DNA from: a virus
Taxonomy: Duplodnaviria; Caudoviricetes
DNA: 53,992 nt
Virus record (IMG/VR): IMGVR_UViG_3300045107_000078
Coordinates: 1 to 53,992 of that record
Strand: one strand, 5' to 3'
Below the pieces are notes generated by a model. That model was not told the DNA's origin. It did no database searches and saw only the letters and a program-made list of their open reading frames with translations. The position numbers and the translations under genes were made by a program. Numbering within the stretch: the first letter of the stretch is position 1; each line of letters starts with the position of its first letter. This document shows positions 27,034-39,300 of the stretch, piece after piece.

Positions 27034-28125
27034 ATGCCAAACGTAGCAGTTCTATACAGCGGGAAGCCTCGCACACCTGGGGCCTGTGAAATCTACAGGG
27101 GGAACATGCCCCTGCACTTCCTGGGCAAGGCGAAGGGCTGGGGAACGCATTGGGGCTTTCTGGCCGATGCAGTAGCGATGTTCCTGGAGAACGAAGACGC
27201 GCTCGACCAGTTCTTGCACTCAACTGACCTTCTCGTGCTGCCTCGGTTCTATGTGCTCAATGAGCATCGCAAGGCAGCAGAAGGGTTTATCAACTCCATT
27301 CGGGCTTTCGGAATCCATGTCGTTTACGAGGTGGACGACGATTACACGAATGAGCATAAGAAGGTCATTGAGGGTGATGCAATCTCAGTGGCGGGATTAG
27401 CCGACGCGGTGACAGTGACGACGCCGTATCTGGCGGAGACCATGCACAAGCGTACTGGCCTGCCAACCTATGTGCTGCCCAACATGCTGGACCCACAGCT
27501 GTGGCGAAATGGCACCATCACCAGAAAAGCTGGGCCGGACATGACCATCATTGGTCTGACCGGTTCCTTTACGCACTATGAAGACTGGAAGGTTCTCAAG
27601 GACGTTCTCCCAGCGGTGCTGGAGAAGCACCCGAACTCCCGCCTGGTGGTCGCAGGCTTCACGCCAGACTACCTCGAAGGACTGCCGCAGACCGAGTATT
27701 TCGCAGGGTTCGCCTACCCCGCGTACTCACAGTTCATCCGCCAGTGCGACATCATCCTGGCGCCGGTTGACCCCGCCGATGGCTTCAATATGGGGAAGTC
27801 CCCTATCAAGGCCGTCGAGGGAATGGGCGCTACGCGCTTGGTCGAGAACCGGTTCGCTGGCGCTGCGGTTGTGGCGACTGACAACCCCATTTACAGGCTG
27901 GCGGTCCGCAATGAGCAGAATGGGCTGCTGGTGGAATACACGCCAGACGCTTGGTTCAATGCTCTGGACCGGCTGCTGACCGACCATGAGTACCGACATC
28001 GGTTGCAGTTCGCGGCCCATCGGTCAGCCTGGAAGGATTGGGACATCAGCCGCCACTGGACAAAGTGGGCGAAAGCCTATCGTGACATTTTGAAATTGCC
28101 CATTCGGACTAAGGAGATAGCATAA
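27034..28125 (+). CDS. GT-B (GT4-like) glycosyltransferase
   Basis: VVYEVDDD, ADAVTVTTPYLA, VLPN, IG.TGS.TH..D, DI.LAP, FN.GKS.IK..E, NGLLV. Confidence 0.88.
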   Translation: MPNVAVLYSGKPRTPGACEIYRGNMPLHFLGKAKGWGTHWGFLADAVAMFLENEDALDQFLHSTDLLVLPRFYVLNEHRKAAEGFINSIRAFGIHVVYEVDDDYTNEHKKVIEGDAISVAGLADAVTVTTPYLAETMHKRTGLPTYVLPNMLDPQLWRNGTITRKAGPDMTIIGLTGSFTHYEDWKVLKDVLPAVLEKHPNSRLVVAGFTPDYLEGLPQTEYFAGFAYPAYSQFIRQCDIILAPVDPADGFNMGKSPIKAVEGMGATRLVENRFAGAAVVATDNPIYRLAVRNEQNGLLVEYTPDAWFNALDRLLTDHEYRHRLQFAAHRSAWKDWDISRHWTKWAKAYRDILKLPIRTKEIA

Positions 28126-28126
28126 C

Positions 28127-29224
28127 ATGACAGTTTCCGCGATGGGGGGTAGTGTTGGTATCTCCCCGCAGGGTTCTGGCAAAATCGGTTCTGGCGCGTT
28201 CAACCCCGCCAGTTTCAGCAATTGGCAGCGTTTTCTGGCGACGGACATTGACATCAGCCCGCGTGAGCAGATGCAGCCGCTCCCGCCGGAGGTGGGCAGT
28301 GACCTGACGCCACGCGACATGTACAAGACCATCGTGTTCGCCGCCGGCCAGGTGGACTTTATGCCTCGTGCGGACGGCATGTTCGGTCTGCTGGCCTACG
28401 CGCTGATGGGCCAGGTGTCGTCTGTGACCGGCAAGGACATGGACGGCAACACGGTCGCGGGTGTGAACACCCATCTGTTCTCGTTCAATCAGGGAGAGCG
28501 GCTGCCCTGGTTCTCGATGCGCAAGTACGTCCCTGGCGCGAATCCGCTGGCGGAATACGCGGGCGACTGCATCATGCAGAATCTGCGCATCGTCGTGCCG
28601 GCCACCGGCAAAATGCAGATGACGGCCAGCTTCCTGGGGCGTCTGCCGCTGGAAGACCCGACCGTTCCGAATCCGGACAATCTGGCGTGGGCGAACACCT
28701 ACAACCCCAGCGGCACCATTCCGGAATCGTGCTCGGCCACCATCTCGCTCGGTGCCGACGCGCCCAAAGTGCTGTCATGCACCATGAACATCTCGAATGG
28801 CACGACCCAGGCCGCGCAGGAAGCCATCGTTGGTTCCTACTACCTCGATGACATCATCGCGCTCCAGCGCTCGGTCTCCATCCAGGTGGTGGTGAAGTGG
28901 GAATCGCCCGACCTGTACCTCAAGGCTTTCGGCGGCGCGTCCAATGCGACCTCGTGGACGCCGAACCCGTACAAGACCAGCGGCGTTGGCCCGAATTGGG
29001 GCTTCAAGCTGATCGGCAAGGCGCCCTCGGTCATTGCCTCTGGTCGCAACTACGCCTTCGGTCTGCGGGCGCAGGATGTGGTCTGGTCTGCTGATGGCGG
29101 GCCGCAGCTTCAGGCTGGTAACATCGTGACCCAGCGCTTCAATGGCCTGGTCATCACCCCAGCGAGTGGCGTTTACGCCCAACTGCTGCTTCAGAACGCG
29201 ACTGCTGCCTACGCCTGGGCGTAA
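28127..29224 (+). CDS. major tail tube protein
   Basis: Beta-rich, strong codon bias, precedes chaperones and TMP; G.LAYALMG, THLF, MNISNG patterns. Confidence 0.8.
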   Translation: MTVSAMGGSVGISPQGSGKIGSGAFNPASFSNWQRFLATDIDISPREQMQPLPPEVGSDLTPRDMYKTIVFAAGQVDFMPRADGMFGLLAYALMGQVSSVTGKDMDGNTVAGVNTHLFSFNQGERLPWFSMRKYVPGANPLAEYAGDCIMQNLRIVVPATGKMQMTASFLGRLPLEDPTVPNPDNLAWANTYNPSGTIPESCSATISLGADAPKVLSCTMNISNGTTQAAQEAIVGSYYLDDIIALQRSVSIQVVVKWESPDLYLKAFGGASNATSWTPNPYKTSGVGPNWGFKLIGKAPSVIASGRNYAFGLRAQDVVWSADGGPQLQAGNIVTQRFNGLVITPASGVYAQLLLQNATAAYAWA

Positions 29225-29265
29225 GTGGTTAAAAACTGAATTAATGTGCAGAACCGGTTCTGACT

Positions 29266-29278
29266 TATGGTACAATGT
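29266..29278 (+). promoter_or_regulatory. extended -10 promoter with palindrome in its -35/spacer region
   Basis: TATGGTACAATGT; palindrome at 29250-29261. Confidence 0.6.
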
Positions 29279-29322
29279 AGGTCAGGACCGGTTTGCATTT
29301 GTCTATATAGGAGACACACAGA

Positions 29323-29751
29323 ATGAAGGTAACTTCCAAGCCCACCATGCAGGAATTCGAACTGACGACCGACCCTGATGGTGTGGCGAAAGTCGTGATT
29401 AAGCAGGCTACGTTCGCGCAGACTCGCTTTCGCAATGAACTGCTGTCCAAGCGCCGGTACATCACCGAGGACGAGATTGGCGGCAGGAGCGCGATGGAGC
29501 AGGACTGGAACGCCAGCGATGTGATGGCCCGCGACATCTTCCTTACCCTGGCTGATGCCAGCGGCTTCCCTGTCGATGACGGCGAAGAATTGTTCAAGTT
29601 CCGTGAAGGCAAAAACGGCTTGGGCGTACTGGACATGAATGAAATCACGTTCGGCGTAAAGCTGGGCCTGCTGCCCGATGAAGTCGTGGAAGAAATCCAC
29701 GATTGCGTCCTGCGCGTCAACCCTCAATGGGGCGCCGCTAAGGGGGAATAG
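29323..29751 (+). CDS. tail assembly chaperone (gpG-like)
   Basis: Between tail tube and TMP; ends in a slippery sequence. Confidence 0.8.
   Translation: MKVTSKPTMQEFELTTDPDGVAKVVIKQATFAQTRFRNELLSKRRYITEDEIGGRSAMEQDWNASDVMARDIFLTLADASGFPVDDGEELFKFREGKNGLGVLDMNEITFGVKLGLLPDEVVEEIHDCVLRVNPQWGAAKGE
29742..29748 (+). other. programmed -1 frameshift site G GGG GAA
   Basis: AAG GGG GAA TAG; the -1 frame is open from 29742 into ORF 29781..30089. Confidence 0.8.
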
Positions 29752-30089
29752 ACAGCCACCTCACCAACCTCAGAAACCATGTGGTGTGGTGGCTTGAGTT
29801 CGAGGCAGCAAGGGGCGGGAACGAACTGGAACATGAGGCGTTCCTTGCCCTCGCCATCGAAGCGGGATTCTATGAGCAACCGCCGCAACCCGAACCCCTC
29901 AGTCTATTGTACGAGTTGCGGCGCTTCGGCCTGACGTATTGGGAGGGAGCTTATGTAGACCAGCCAGAAATACTCATGTGGGAACTCAATACCTGCATTG
30001 ATGCGGAAGTCGAGGTTCGTAATCGACAGGTCGCTCAACTGAAAGCGCAGGAGGAGTTCCTACAGTCCTTGAAGAAGGGGGACGGATGA
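29742..30089 (+). CDS. tail chaperone frameshift extension (gpGT-like)
   Basis: In the -1 frame of the chaperone, no clear RBS of its own; EGAYVDQP resembles the G..DQP motif of gpT-like segments. Confidence 0.75.
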   Translation, partial: GGIDSHLTNLRNHVVWWLEFEAARGGNELEHEAFLALAIEAGFYEQPPQPEPLSLLYELRRFGLTYWEGAYVDQPEILMWELNTCIDAEVEVRNRQVAQLKAQEEFLQSLKKGDG

Positions 30090-30316
30090 ACGAGATACAG
30101 CGGGCGCGACGGAATGCGCATCTGGCCGCGAACGCAAACAATCCCAAGGCCCTGGCCGAACTCTACGAGGCGGAAAAGCGACACAGCGATGCAAGCTGGG
30201 CGCGAACCAGGGCACAGAATGAAGAGAAGAACCGCTTACCGTCCCCCGACCCTTCCTGTGTAGGGCGCGGGATTGTTGCATTACAGGCCCTGAAGGAGTT
30301 TGATTATGGCGAATAG
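30086..30316 (+). CDS. small hypothetical protein
   Basis: ATGA coupling upstream; overlaps the TMP start. Confidence 0.5.
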   Translation: MNEIQRARRNAHLAANANNPKALAELYEAEKRHSDASWARTRAQNEEKNRLPSPDPSCVGRGIVALQALKEFDYGE

Positions 30317-33300
30317 CTATGACTTCTCCTCCTTCAAGGGCGTTGGTGTCAAGCGGAATGCGCAACTCAATGAGGCATTCCAGCAGGCAGGTATCGACCC
30401 GACCGATCTGCACGGCATCGCCCCCACTGATTCGGCCTTTCAGCAAGTCGCCCAGCGTCTCGACAACCCCCAGCTGCGCAGCCTGTACTGGAACAACGTA
30501 GTCCCGAACCTGAGCCGCAACATTCCAATGGGTGGCACAGAGTACGTGGCGAAAGTCATGCCGCAGGTGCAGCCGCCGATGGGGACGCCGAACCTCCCCT
30601 CTCCGACCGGTGATGACCGGTTCCGGCCACTGGTCGCACATCCGCTCAATCGCCTGAACATGCCAGATGCGGAATCGCCCCTGCTAGGCACATGGGAGCG
30701 GCACAACCAGCGGCTGTTCAATAACGTGCCGGTCATGCAGCGCGACCGGTTCCTCAACCCCTCACTGCAAACGCCCGTGGATGCGCCAGTACAGCAGAAG
30801 GATGCGACGTGGCGCAATCAGTTTCAGGATACGCTGGGAAGCGTTGAGGGCCTGACCTACAAGCACGAGGGCGATGGCGTCTTCCGTGTGCAGGCCAACG
30901 GGCGCGAGGCGCTGGTACGGGCGTCTTCGGGGACCGGTATGATTGGCGTCAGCAACACCGATTCGCGTGGCGGCTGGGCGGTCATTCCTCACGTCTTCGA
31001 CCCTGAGAAGCGCGGCATTACGTCCAATATGGACACGCTGCGCAGCACCCTCTCCTCGTGGGCCAGTCAGGATGAAGGTGAACGCGGGCGCTCCCTCTTC
31101 AACATGGCAACCAAGCGCGGCGGCTTCTATATGTCGAATGACGATCTGCGCAGCATCGTCAATGAGACCCAGGCCGCGACCAGCGTATACCTCGGCAAGG
31201 TGCCGCAGGGCCAGATGTCGTCGAAGGTGTATGAGGAACGCCTGGCGGCAGTCCGCCAGCTGCCTGGTTACGAAGACGCTGATAAGTTCGGCGGGGGCAA
31301 TTACGCTTTCTCGCAGAACGCGGTGTACGGCGCGGCTTACATGACCAATGAGCAAGGCGCATACGCCACTGAGAAGGCGAAGATGCTCCGTGCGTCGGGG
31401 CGCGGCCACCTCGGAACACCGATGATGGGCATTGGCCTGCCGATGCAGGAAATCTCGGCGCCGTTCGCCACTGAGCGACAGGCGCGAGGTCTCACTGGCT
31501 ACGTCGCTATGAAGACGGCGGACGTGCTGGGCGACCTCCCGCAGACAACCGGCATTGCCTACACCAGCATTCCGATGGTGGGCAAATCGCATGAATACGA
31601 GATTACGGCAGAACAGGCCAAAGGCTTGTCTGTCGGTGACATCTTCATGCGCAAGGATGCCAACATCCCAGCGGTCGCTGAGGGGTATGGCAACCGGCGC
31701 GGGACGGGCGAGTTCAAGGACATCTTCGGCAAGCTGCCGTCTGGCGCTGCGCACAGCATTGAGGACATCCAGCAGCTGGAGAACGGCAATTACCGTGTCA
31801 GTGTCATGTCCTACCAGAATCAGTTCTCGCTGAAGCACTACACCAAGACCAGTGCGGTCCAGATGGATTCGGCAGATATGCCCGCCGGTTCGCAGGTCTG
31901 GTCTGTGATGGAATCGCCTGCCCGCGTTGCTGCTGAAGCACAGGCGATGATTGCGGCCACCTACCCTACCCGCGCATCGTTCCAAAGTTGGCTGATGGCG
32001 AATGCCACTGCCTCAATGGGTGGCGATGCTGCCCAGCAGTTCGTCCAGCAGAACTACGTGGATGGTCGTCTGACGCCGGCGCTGGAGCCGATGGTGACGC
32101 AGTGGGCGACACAGGAATTCTATGACGGGATGCAGCTGGCCGAACGTCAGAACCGGCCAGTCTCCACTGAGCACATGAACGCGCTCATGGGGCTGGCGCG
32201 GGAAGGCCAGTCCGGACTGTCGTTTGAAGGCGACGAGACGCCAGAGAATCTGCGCCTCAGCTTCAAGGGCCAGACGGTGCCGTTGTTCGAGGGACTGCGC
32301 CAGAACGAAGGTGGCGACGGTTACATGGCGGATGTGTTCCGCACCCCATCGCGTACCTACCAGACACTCATCAACCCACGCCCGGAGGGACGCCGCGACA
32401 CGATGAACGTCTCGGCTGAGAAGCTGGACCTCATCCGGACAGCGAACCCTGGCCTGTATCAGGCGCTCACTGCCCAGGATGCGGCTGGTCTGCTGTCGCC
32501 CAATCCGGCGCGTCACGCGATGCTGTCGTATCTGGCGAACAGTTCGGACGAATCCCGCGCCAAGCTGGAAGCCTCCAACGGCATTGCCCGCTTCAGTGGC
32601 GAAGACCTCGCTGCGGCTCGGCAGGCGGTGACAGAAGCTGGCGTTGACCCTGAGAACAAGGCCGCGTTCAACAAAGCGGTCATGCAGCATCTCGGCAAAC
32701 AGTACATGCAGGATGGGAAGCGGCAGGCGCTGGAAGTGCAGATTGGCGACCAGTCGTATGTGCTGCCCAATCCGGCCACCTTCGCCAACACCATACAGGC
32801 CACCAAGAATGGCGGTATGTCCGGCGGTCCAGGCGGCGCGATGCTCAATCTCCTCAATGCAGCCAGCGATTATCAGCTGGAAGGCACTGAGAAGGCGGCA
32901 GAGAACGCGCAGAAAATCGCTGGCCGTGCGATGGAGAAGTTTGGCGATTACATGAATAAGCCCGGCGTCAAGCAGGCGGCGAAGGGCATGATACTGCCGA
33001 AGTATGGTGGCCTGACGCAGACGGTCGAAGGTTTCGGTCTCAATGAGGCCATCGCCTCCATCAAGGACCTCACCCGCCAGACTGGTATGAGCGAGGACGA
33101 AATCCGCGAACTCCAGAAGCAAGGCAAGCTGGCCGTCGCGTTCTCGCACGAACCGACCATCAACAGTGAGTGGCAGAACAACCTCAATCTGCGCGTCGGC
33201 TCCTTCGTCGAGGACTTGGTGAAGGCCAATGACCCTCGCGCCGCAGCATTGAAGAACCTGCGCGGCGGGATTGCGGTATCCACTGAGGCGAATCAGCTCA

Positions 33301-36300
33301 TGGTGTCCGACACGGACGCTGACCAGTACAATGCGTTCATCAACTACCGGAAGGACAAGAAGACCGGTCAACTGGTGGGTGCCGATCTGGACATCACCTC
33401 GCCTGACGAGATTCTGCGGCGGGCGCGACTGCAACCTGGCTCGGAAATGCTCAAGTTGCAGGGCGACATCGGCAAACGCGCTGCGGTTCTCCCTGCCCTG
33501 GCCGGTGAGCAGATGGATTCTGAGGCCATCAACAAGACCATCAAGTACCTCAGTGGGGCTGACATCTCGGCGCAGAACGAGGCGGAGCGGCTTGGCAAGG
33601 CGTCGGCGGGTCCGGCTTACAACCAGCTGAACCGCTACCTCGGCAACATCGCACGGCGCGTGTCGGGCAGTCTATTCGGTGAAGCCTCGCCGCAGCAGAA
33701 GATGGTCTCCGAAGCTGCGCAGTTGGTGGCCGGCACCGGCTATCAGGCGGGCGTAGACTACGAGAATGCCGACCCGCATCTCCAGAACCTCATCAAGGCC
33801 AGTCAGTCGTTCGTCATGTCGTCGAAGTACGGCGACAAGCCGTTTACTTTCGGCGTGGATGAGAATGGCAATGACGTAAAGCGGAAGTTCGAGAGCCGCG
33901 ACGACGCGCTGGGCTATCTGCACAATGAACTGGTGAACGTGCAGGGCATTGATACGGAAGGGAATTGGGGCGAGAAGTTCGGGCGGTTTGCCACACGTCT
34001 GATGATGCCCTATAACGCGCTGGGGAATCAGGAACTCGAAGACAAGGCACTCGATGTCGTTCAACGCGCACACACGGCGGGCGGGTTCGACAAGGACACT
34101 GCCGCAGAGTTCCAAGGTCTGTTCGGGGCGAAGTCGTGGACGGACATTGCGCGTGGTGCAGCCGCCGGAGAGCAGGAAGGCGACCTCTCGAAAACCAGTG
34201 CGTTCATGTCCATGATGATGGGCGCTTCTGGCCTGACACAGGAGAAGCAGGGAACGGCGGCGACGTGGGGCTTACAGGGAAAGCTCAGTGGCTTTGCGCG
34301 GCAGTCGAAGGAGTTCTTTAACAGCTTCGCCAGCAAGCGCAACAGAGACCAGACGATGGGCGCGGCATTGAGAGCAGCGGAAACGCACAATCTCGGCGGC
34401 TCGGCCCAGCGCCTGCTGGATATGTACGGCTCTCAGGCACTGCCACCCAGCCCAGCAGAACAGCTTACATCGAGGGTGCAGGAACTCGAAAGCCGACCGC
34501 TGGAGCAGTTATCTGACAACGAACGGCAGGAACTGTTCAGCGCCTACGAGAACCTGTCCGAGGCTGGTCGAAACAATATGCAGTCTGCGGACGCCGGCGG
34601 CGCTGGCATGGGCGGCGGCGATCTGCCTCCAGCGGCACCTGGCATGATGCCGGTTGACGATGGCGGCGAAGGTTCGGGCGGTGGTCAGGGCAATTCCAGA
34701 ACCGGTTCTGAAGGTGGCGGGACAGTTCACAACCATTTCTCCAAGTTCCCGCTCGGTGAACTCACCAGCGATGACGTGCGCTCGGCCAAGCAGTACCAGA
34801 ATCTGCTGTCGCGGTACGCTGCGGCCAGTCCGGATGAGCGCAAGCTGTTCAATTCGCGGGAGATTATCCGTGCTCACCGAACCCTTGAGGGCGTGGTGGG
34901 CAAAGGACAGCGCTGGATGCGCGAACTCGGCAAGGGCACTGATATGGTCGCGCCGAAGGGCTTTGGCGACTTCATGGAGACGTTCGGCAAGGACGGCGGC
35001 GCGGGTGTTGACTCCCTGCTGGAGCAGACCAAAGGCGACGTGGGCGCACTACGCGATGAGCAAATCATGGCGCGGGCGACCGGCACTGGCAGCACGAAGA
35101 ACCGCACTGTCACCAGCCGCGAGGCAGACCAGGCCATTGGGACGCTCAATTCCTTCATGGAGAAGATTGGCAGCGGCGCCGAAGACCTGCAAAAGTGGGT
35201 CGATGGGCTGGGCGACCTGAGCAAGCTGACCGACGAACACACCAAGCAGGTGAAGCAGCTGGTCACTGAGTACCCGAAGATGATCTCGACCTTCGATAAG
35301 GCGCTCAAAATCGCTGAGGCGCAGGGTGAGGCTAACGTCGATGTCAATACGGGCCGTGTTCTGGCGAAGCAGCCGGAACTGGAGCAGATGAAGGGCTGGA
35401 CCGGCTCCGAAGGTTTCCAGAAGCTGGTTCAGGCTCTCGATGCGAACGTCCGGAACAGCAGCGTTGAGGGCGCGTTCGACACCGGCGGGAAGTATGACCT
35501 GTCTGGCATGTCGAAGATGGGCATTCTCACGGCGATGGGCAAGCAGGGCCGCGAGATGCGCGAACAGGCGCGGGGCGAGGGTGTTCTCAGTGATGGTTTG
35601 ATGGGTAAGGCTGAGGGCGCGGCGGGCTTTGCAGGCCGTCTCACGCAGTCCTTCTTTGACCCAGGAACGCTGTGGGGTCTTCGTGCGCTACAGGGGCAAT
35701 TTATCAGCCCTGTGGTCCGCGCAGCGAAGGAGTACCAGAATCAGGCCGCGACCATTGACCTGATGGGCTTGCAGTCGGGACAAATCAGCTACGACAGCCT
35801 CATGAATGGTCAGTACGGCCAGATTATGCGCCGCGAGAATGGACTGCGCAGCGCCCGCATTGCGATGGGCCAGCAGGCAGATTCCGCGTGGGGCGGCATT
35901 CTCGATGCTACGCTGGGTCGTGAAGCTGGACAGGGCATTGGCGGCACGCTGGCGGCAGTCGGTATGCCAGCCGTTGGCATTGGTCTCGCTGCCTCTCGCC
36001 TGCTGAAGAATGCAGACGTGGCGAACTCTGGTTCGTGGGGCGCGGGTATTGGTCTCGGCGTGGCGGCGGCGGGGATGCTCGGCTACTCCCTGAGCAACGC
36101 CAACAACTACCAGGCCATCGGTGACTTTATGGGCCAGGGCGCGGGTCTGAACCGGTTGCTCTCCAATCCGGCGGGCGCGTTCGGTCTGTACGGCGCGGGC
36201 CTGAAGGCAATGTTCGGTCAATACTCGGCTGAAGACACGGCCAAGCTGCAAGGTGGCACGTTCTTTAACGCTGCTGTCGCGGCAGCTGCCAACGGCGAGA

Positions 36301-39300
36301 ACATGACCGACCTGTACCAGAACATGCAGTACACCGGCGACGTGACGATGGGGCCGATCAAGACCGGCCAGATTAGTGGCACGGTCGCCAGCTTCGGCTT
36401 CTCGCCAGATGAGTTCCGTTCGGCTGTCACCTCTCAATGGATTAAGAACCAATCCTCGGCACTGGCAATCAGTGAGGAGCAGGCCAGCCAACTCTTCGGC
36501 ACACTGGCACAGTATGGTGGGCAGTTCGACCAGAACGGCTTTATGCAGATGCCGTCTGCGCAGCGGGCGCGGCAGCTGATGGAAGCGCAACTCAAGGGCG
36601 CCGATGTGGGCGGCATGGTTCAGAACTACATCCGTGCCAACGGCCAGAATCAGATGGACCGGTCTGCCACCGGCTTCGCGCTGGGGCAAATCCTCGACCA
36701 GACAACCGGCATGAACCCTGAGCAGTTGGGTCGTGCGGGCTGGGGTTTGGGCGCGGCAGCGGACCTCAACACAGTCCGGAGCCGATTCAACATGAGCAGG
36801 CTGGGGACGGACTACACGGATAAGTTCTTCCAGACCCCACAGACGATGGACTACATCACAAATGAGTACACACCTTGGGTAGGCCAGCGCATGACCAGTT
36901 CGCCACTCGCCAGCGAGGACGATCTGCTAAACACCTACGTGAAGCAGGCAGGCGAGGCTGGGCAGTTCGTGATCGCGGACCAGCTGAAGAACTCGAAGGA
37001 CGCCTCCTACTCTCTCGCTGGCCGTCTGGTCGCGCAGTACGGTGCTGGCAATGTAAACACCAAGCGCGTGGTAAGCCAGCTGCAATCCATCGTGCCCAGC
37101 ATGGTTCTCAGTGGCGCGGGCGATTATGTCACGCCGGTGCAGGACTTCCTCTCGCAGGGGACAACGCTGGGCGATAAGAGCATCGGGCAGTTGAACATGC
37201 TCTCGTCGAACGCGACCCAGCTGTATTCACGTGGTGTGGACCTGAGCCAACTGGCCCAGCAGAACGTCGCAGCCAGTGGGCAGGCGCAGACCTTCGACAA
37301 CTTCGTGAAGGCGGTTGATAAGTTGACTGGCGCTCTCGGCAAAGAAGGCGCGGTACAGGACATCGAGTACCAGTCACTGGCTGCACCCATGCGCGAGAGC
37401 CTGAACCTGTCCCGCATGATGGTGGGGCGTCAGGGCGTCAGTGAGGACGATCTCGGCACCAACAAGCTGCTGGCCGACCCCATCAAGGGGCGTCAGTACC
37501 TGGCGGTCGATGCAACCCGTAATAGCATCCAGTTCAACCCGATCAGCGCCTATACCGGCAACTTCTTCAATGGCCTGCAATCTCTCATTGAGAATGGTCA
37601 GGGTGGCGAAGCGGTGAGGCAGTCGCAGGCGTTCGACCAGTTCTCTGGCATGACGACCAACTACATGGCCTACGGCATGTCCGCTCCACAGGCAGCGATG
37701 GCCGCGACCCAGGCAGCAGCCCTACCCCAGGTCCAGCAGATTCAGCTGCAAAAGGCCGCGTCGGGCGACCGGATGATGCTGTCCTATCTGGCCTCTCAGG
37801 GCAAGATCGACTCGAAGTACCAGACCATCGACATGAACACTGGCATGCCGATGGGCTACGACAACATGAGCCGTGCGCAGTACAACCAGATTGCTGACAA
37901 CCTCAAGGGCACGTCCTTTGAGAAGTACATGCCTTCTTACGAGACGGCACAGAACGGTATCTACGGCATACAGGACCAGATTTATCAGGTCCAGCAGCAG
38001 GCCGCAGCCGCCAGCTACTACTACGGGCACATGGGGCGCGAACTCGGAATGGCCTCGCAGTTGGGCGGCGGGACGCTCGACGAACACGGCTTCGTGCAAG
38101 GCGGGGACAATCTCGCTGGATGGGCAAGCTGGGCGAAGAAGGCTGGCATCAAGAATCCGAATGTCGGCAACGGCATGAGCTACTGGCAAATTCAGGACGC
38201 TCAGGACAAGATGCAGATTGAGCAGCAGAATTTCAACATCCAGCAGGGCAACCAGAACATGGCCCTGCAATGGGAGCAGTTCAACCTCAACAACCAGCAG
38301 TGGAACGAGAACTACGACCTCAGTAAAAGGCAGTTCGCGTTCAACACCAGCAATGCCCGCTGGCAGATGGGATTCCAGCGGCAGGAGCAAGTTACCCAAC
38401 AGCAGTGGCAGCGAGAGGACTTCGCGTTCAACCGGAGCCAGAGCCAGCTGCACTTTGGCTGGCAGATGGAAGACTTCGACCGGAACGCGGCCTTTGCGCG
38501 TGGTCGTGAACGGCTCGACCTCGAACGGCAGCGTGAACGGGCAACCATTGACTACTCGATGCAGCAGTCGCGCCAAGACACGCAGGAGAAGCGGTTCGAA
38601 CAACAGGTGAAGTGGGCGGACGAACTGTACAAGAAGAATAAGGACAAGTTCGAACAGGAGACGAAGTTCCAGCAGGAAAGCCTCGATCTGCAAAAGAAGC
38701 ATCACGACGAGGATATGGCATTGCAGGCAAAGCGGCTGGGCATGTCCGAAGAGGCGCACCAGAAGCAGGTTCAGTGGATACAGGAGGAGCAGAAGCTCAA
38801 TGAGCAGAAGCGAATCCTCGACCGGCAGGGCGCGATTGCCAATAACAACATTTCTGAACGTGCAGCAGCGGCGGCAGCGGCAGCAGCGAAGAAGGTGGCG
38901 GAACTCGGCAAGAACGTGGACGCGCTCCAGCAGGGCGTTGACCGGACCAATAAGAGCATTGATCTCAATGTGGCGAAGGGTCGCGTGTTCGAGGATGTCA
39001 TTAATGGCATGGGCGGGTCGTTCGATAAGGTGGGCGGCGCATTCAAGACGATGGGCGAGAGCCTGGGGCCAGTTGCTACCAACACCTCAGTGCTCAATTC
39101 CCAAATCCCGATCTACAGCAATAACCTGCTGACACTGAGCCAGAGTTTGCAGCGGTTCTTTACTAACCTGCAAAACTACGTGAATAGTCTCAAGCCGCCT
39201 GGTTCGAATGGCACCACATCTGGCGGCACGTCTTCTCCAACGCAGGGCATCAAGACCAGCGGCGACAGCGCGATTGGCTACAGTGCCTCTCGACTCGATG

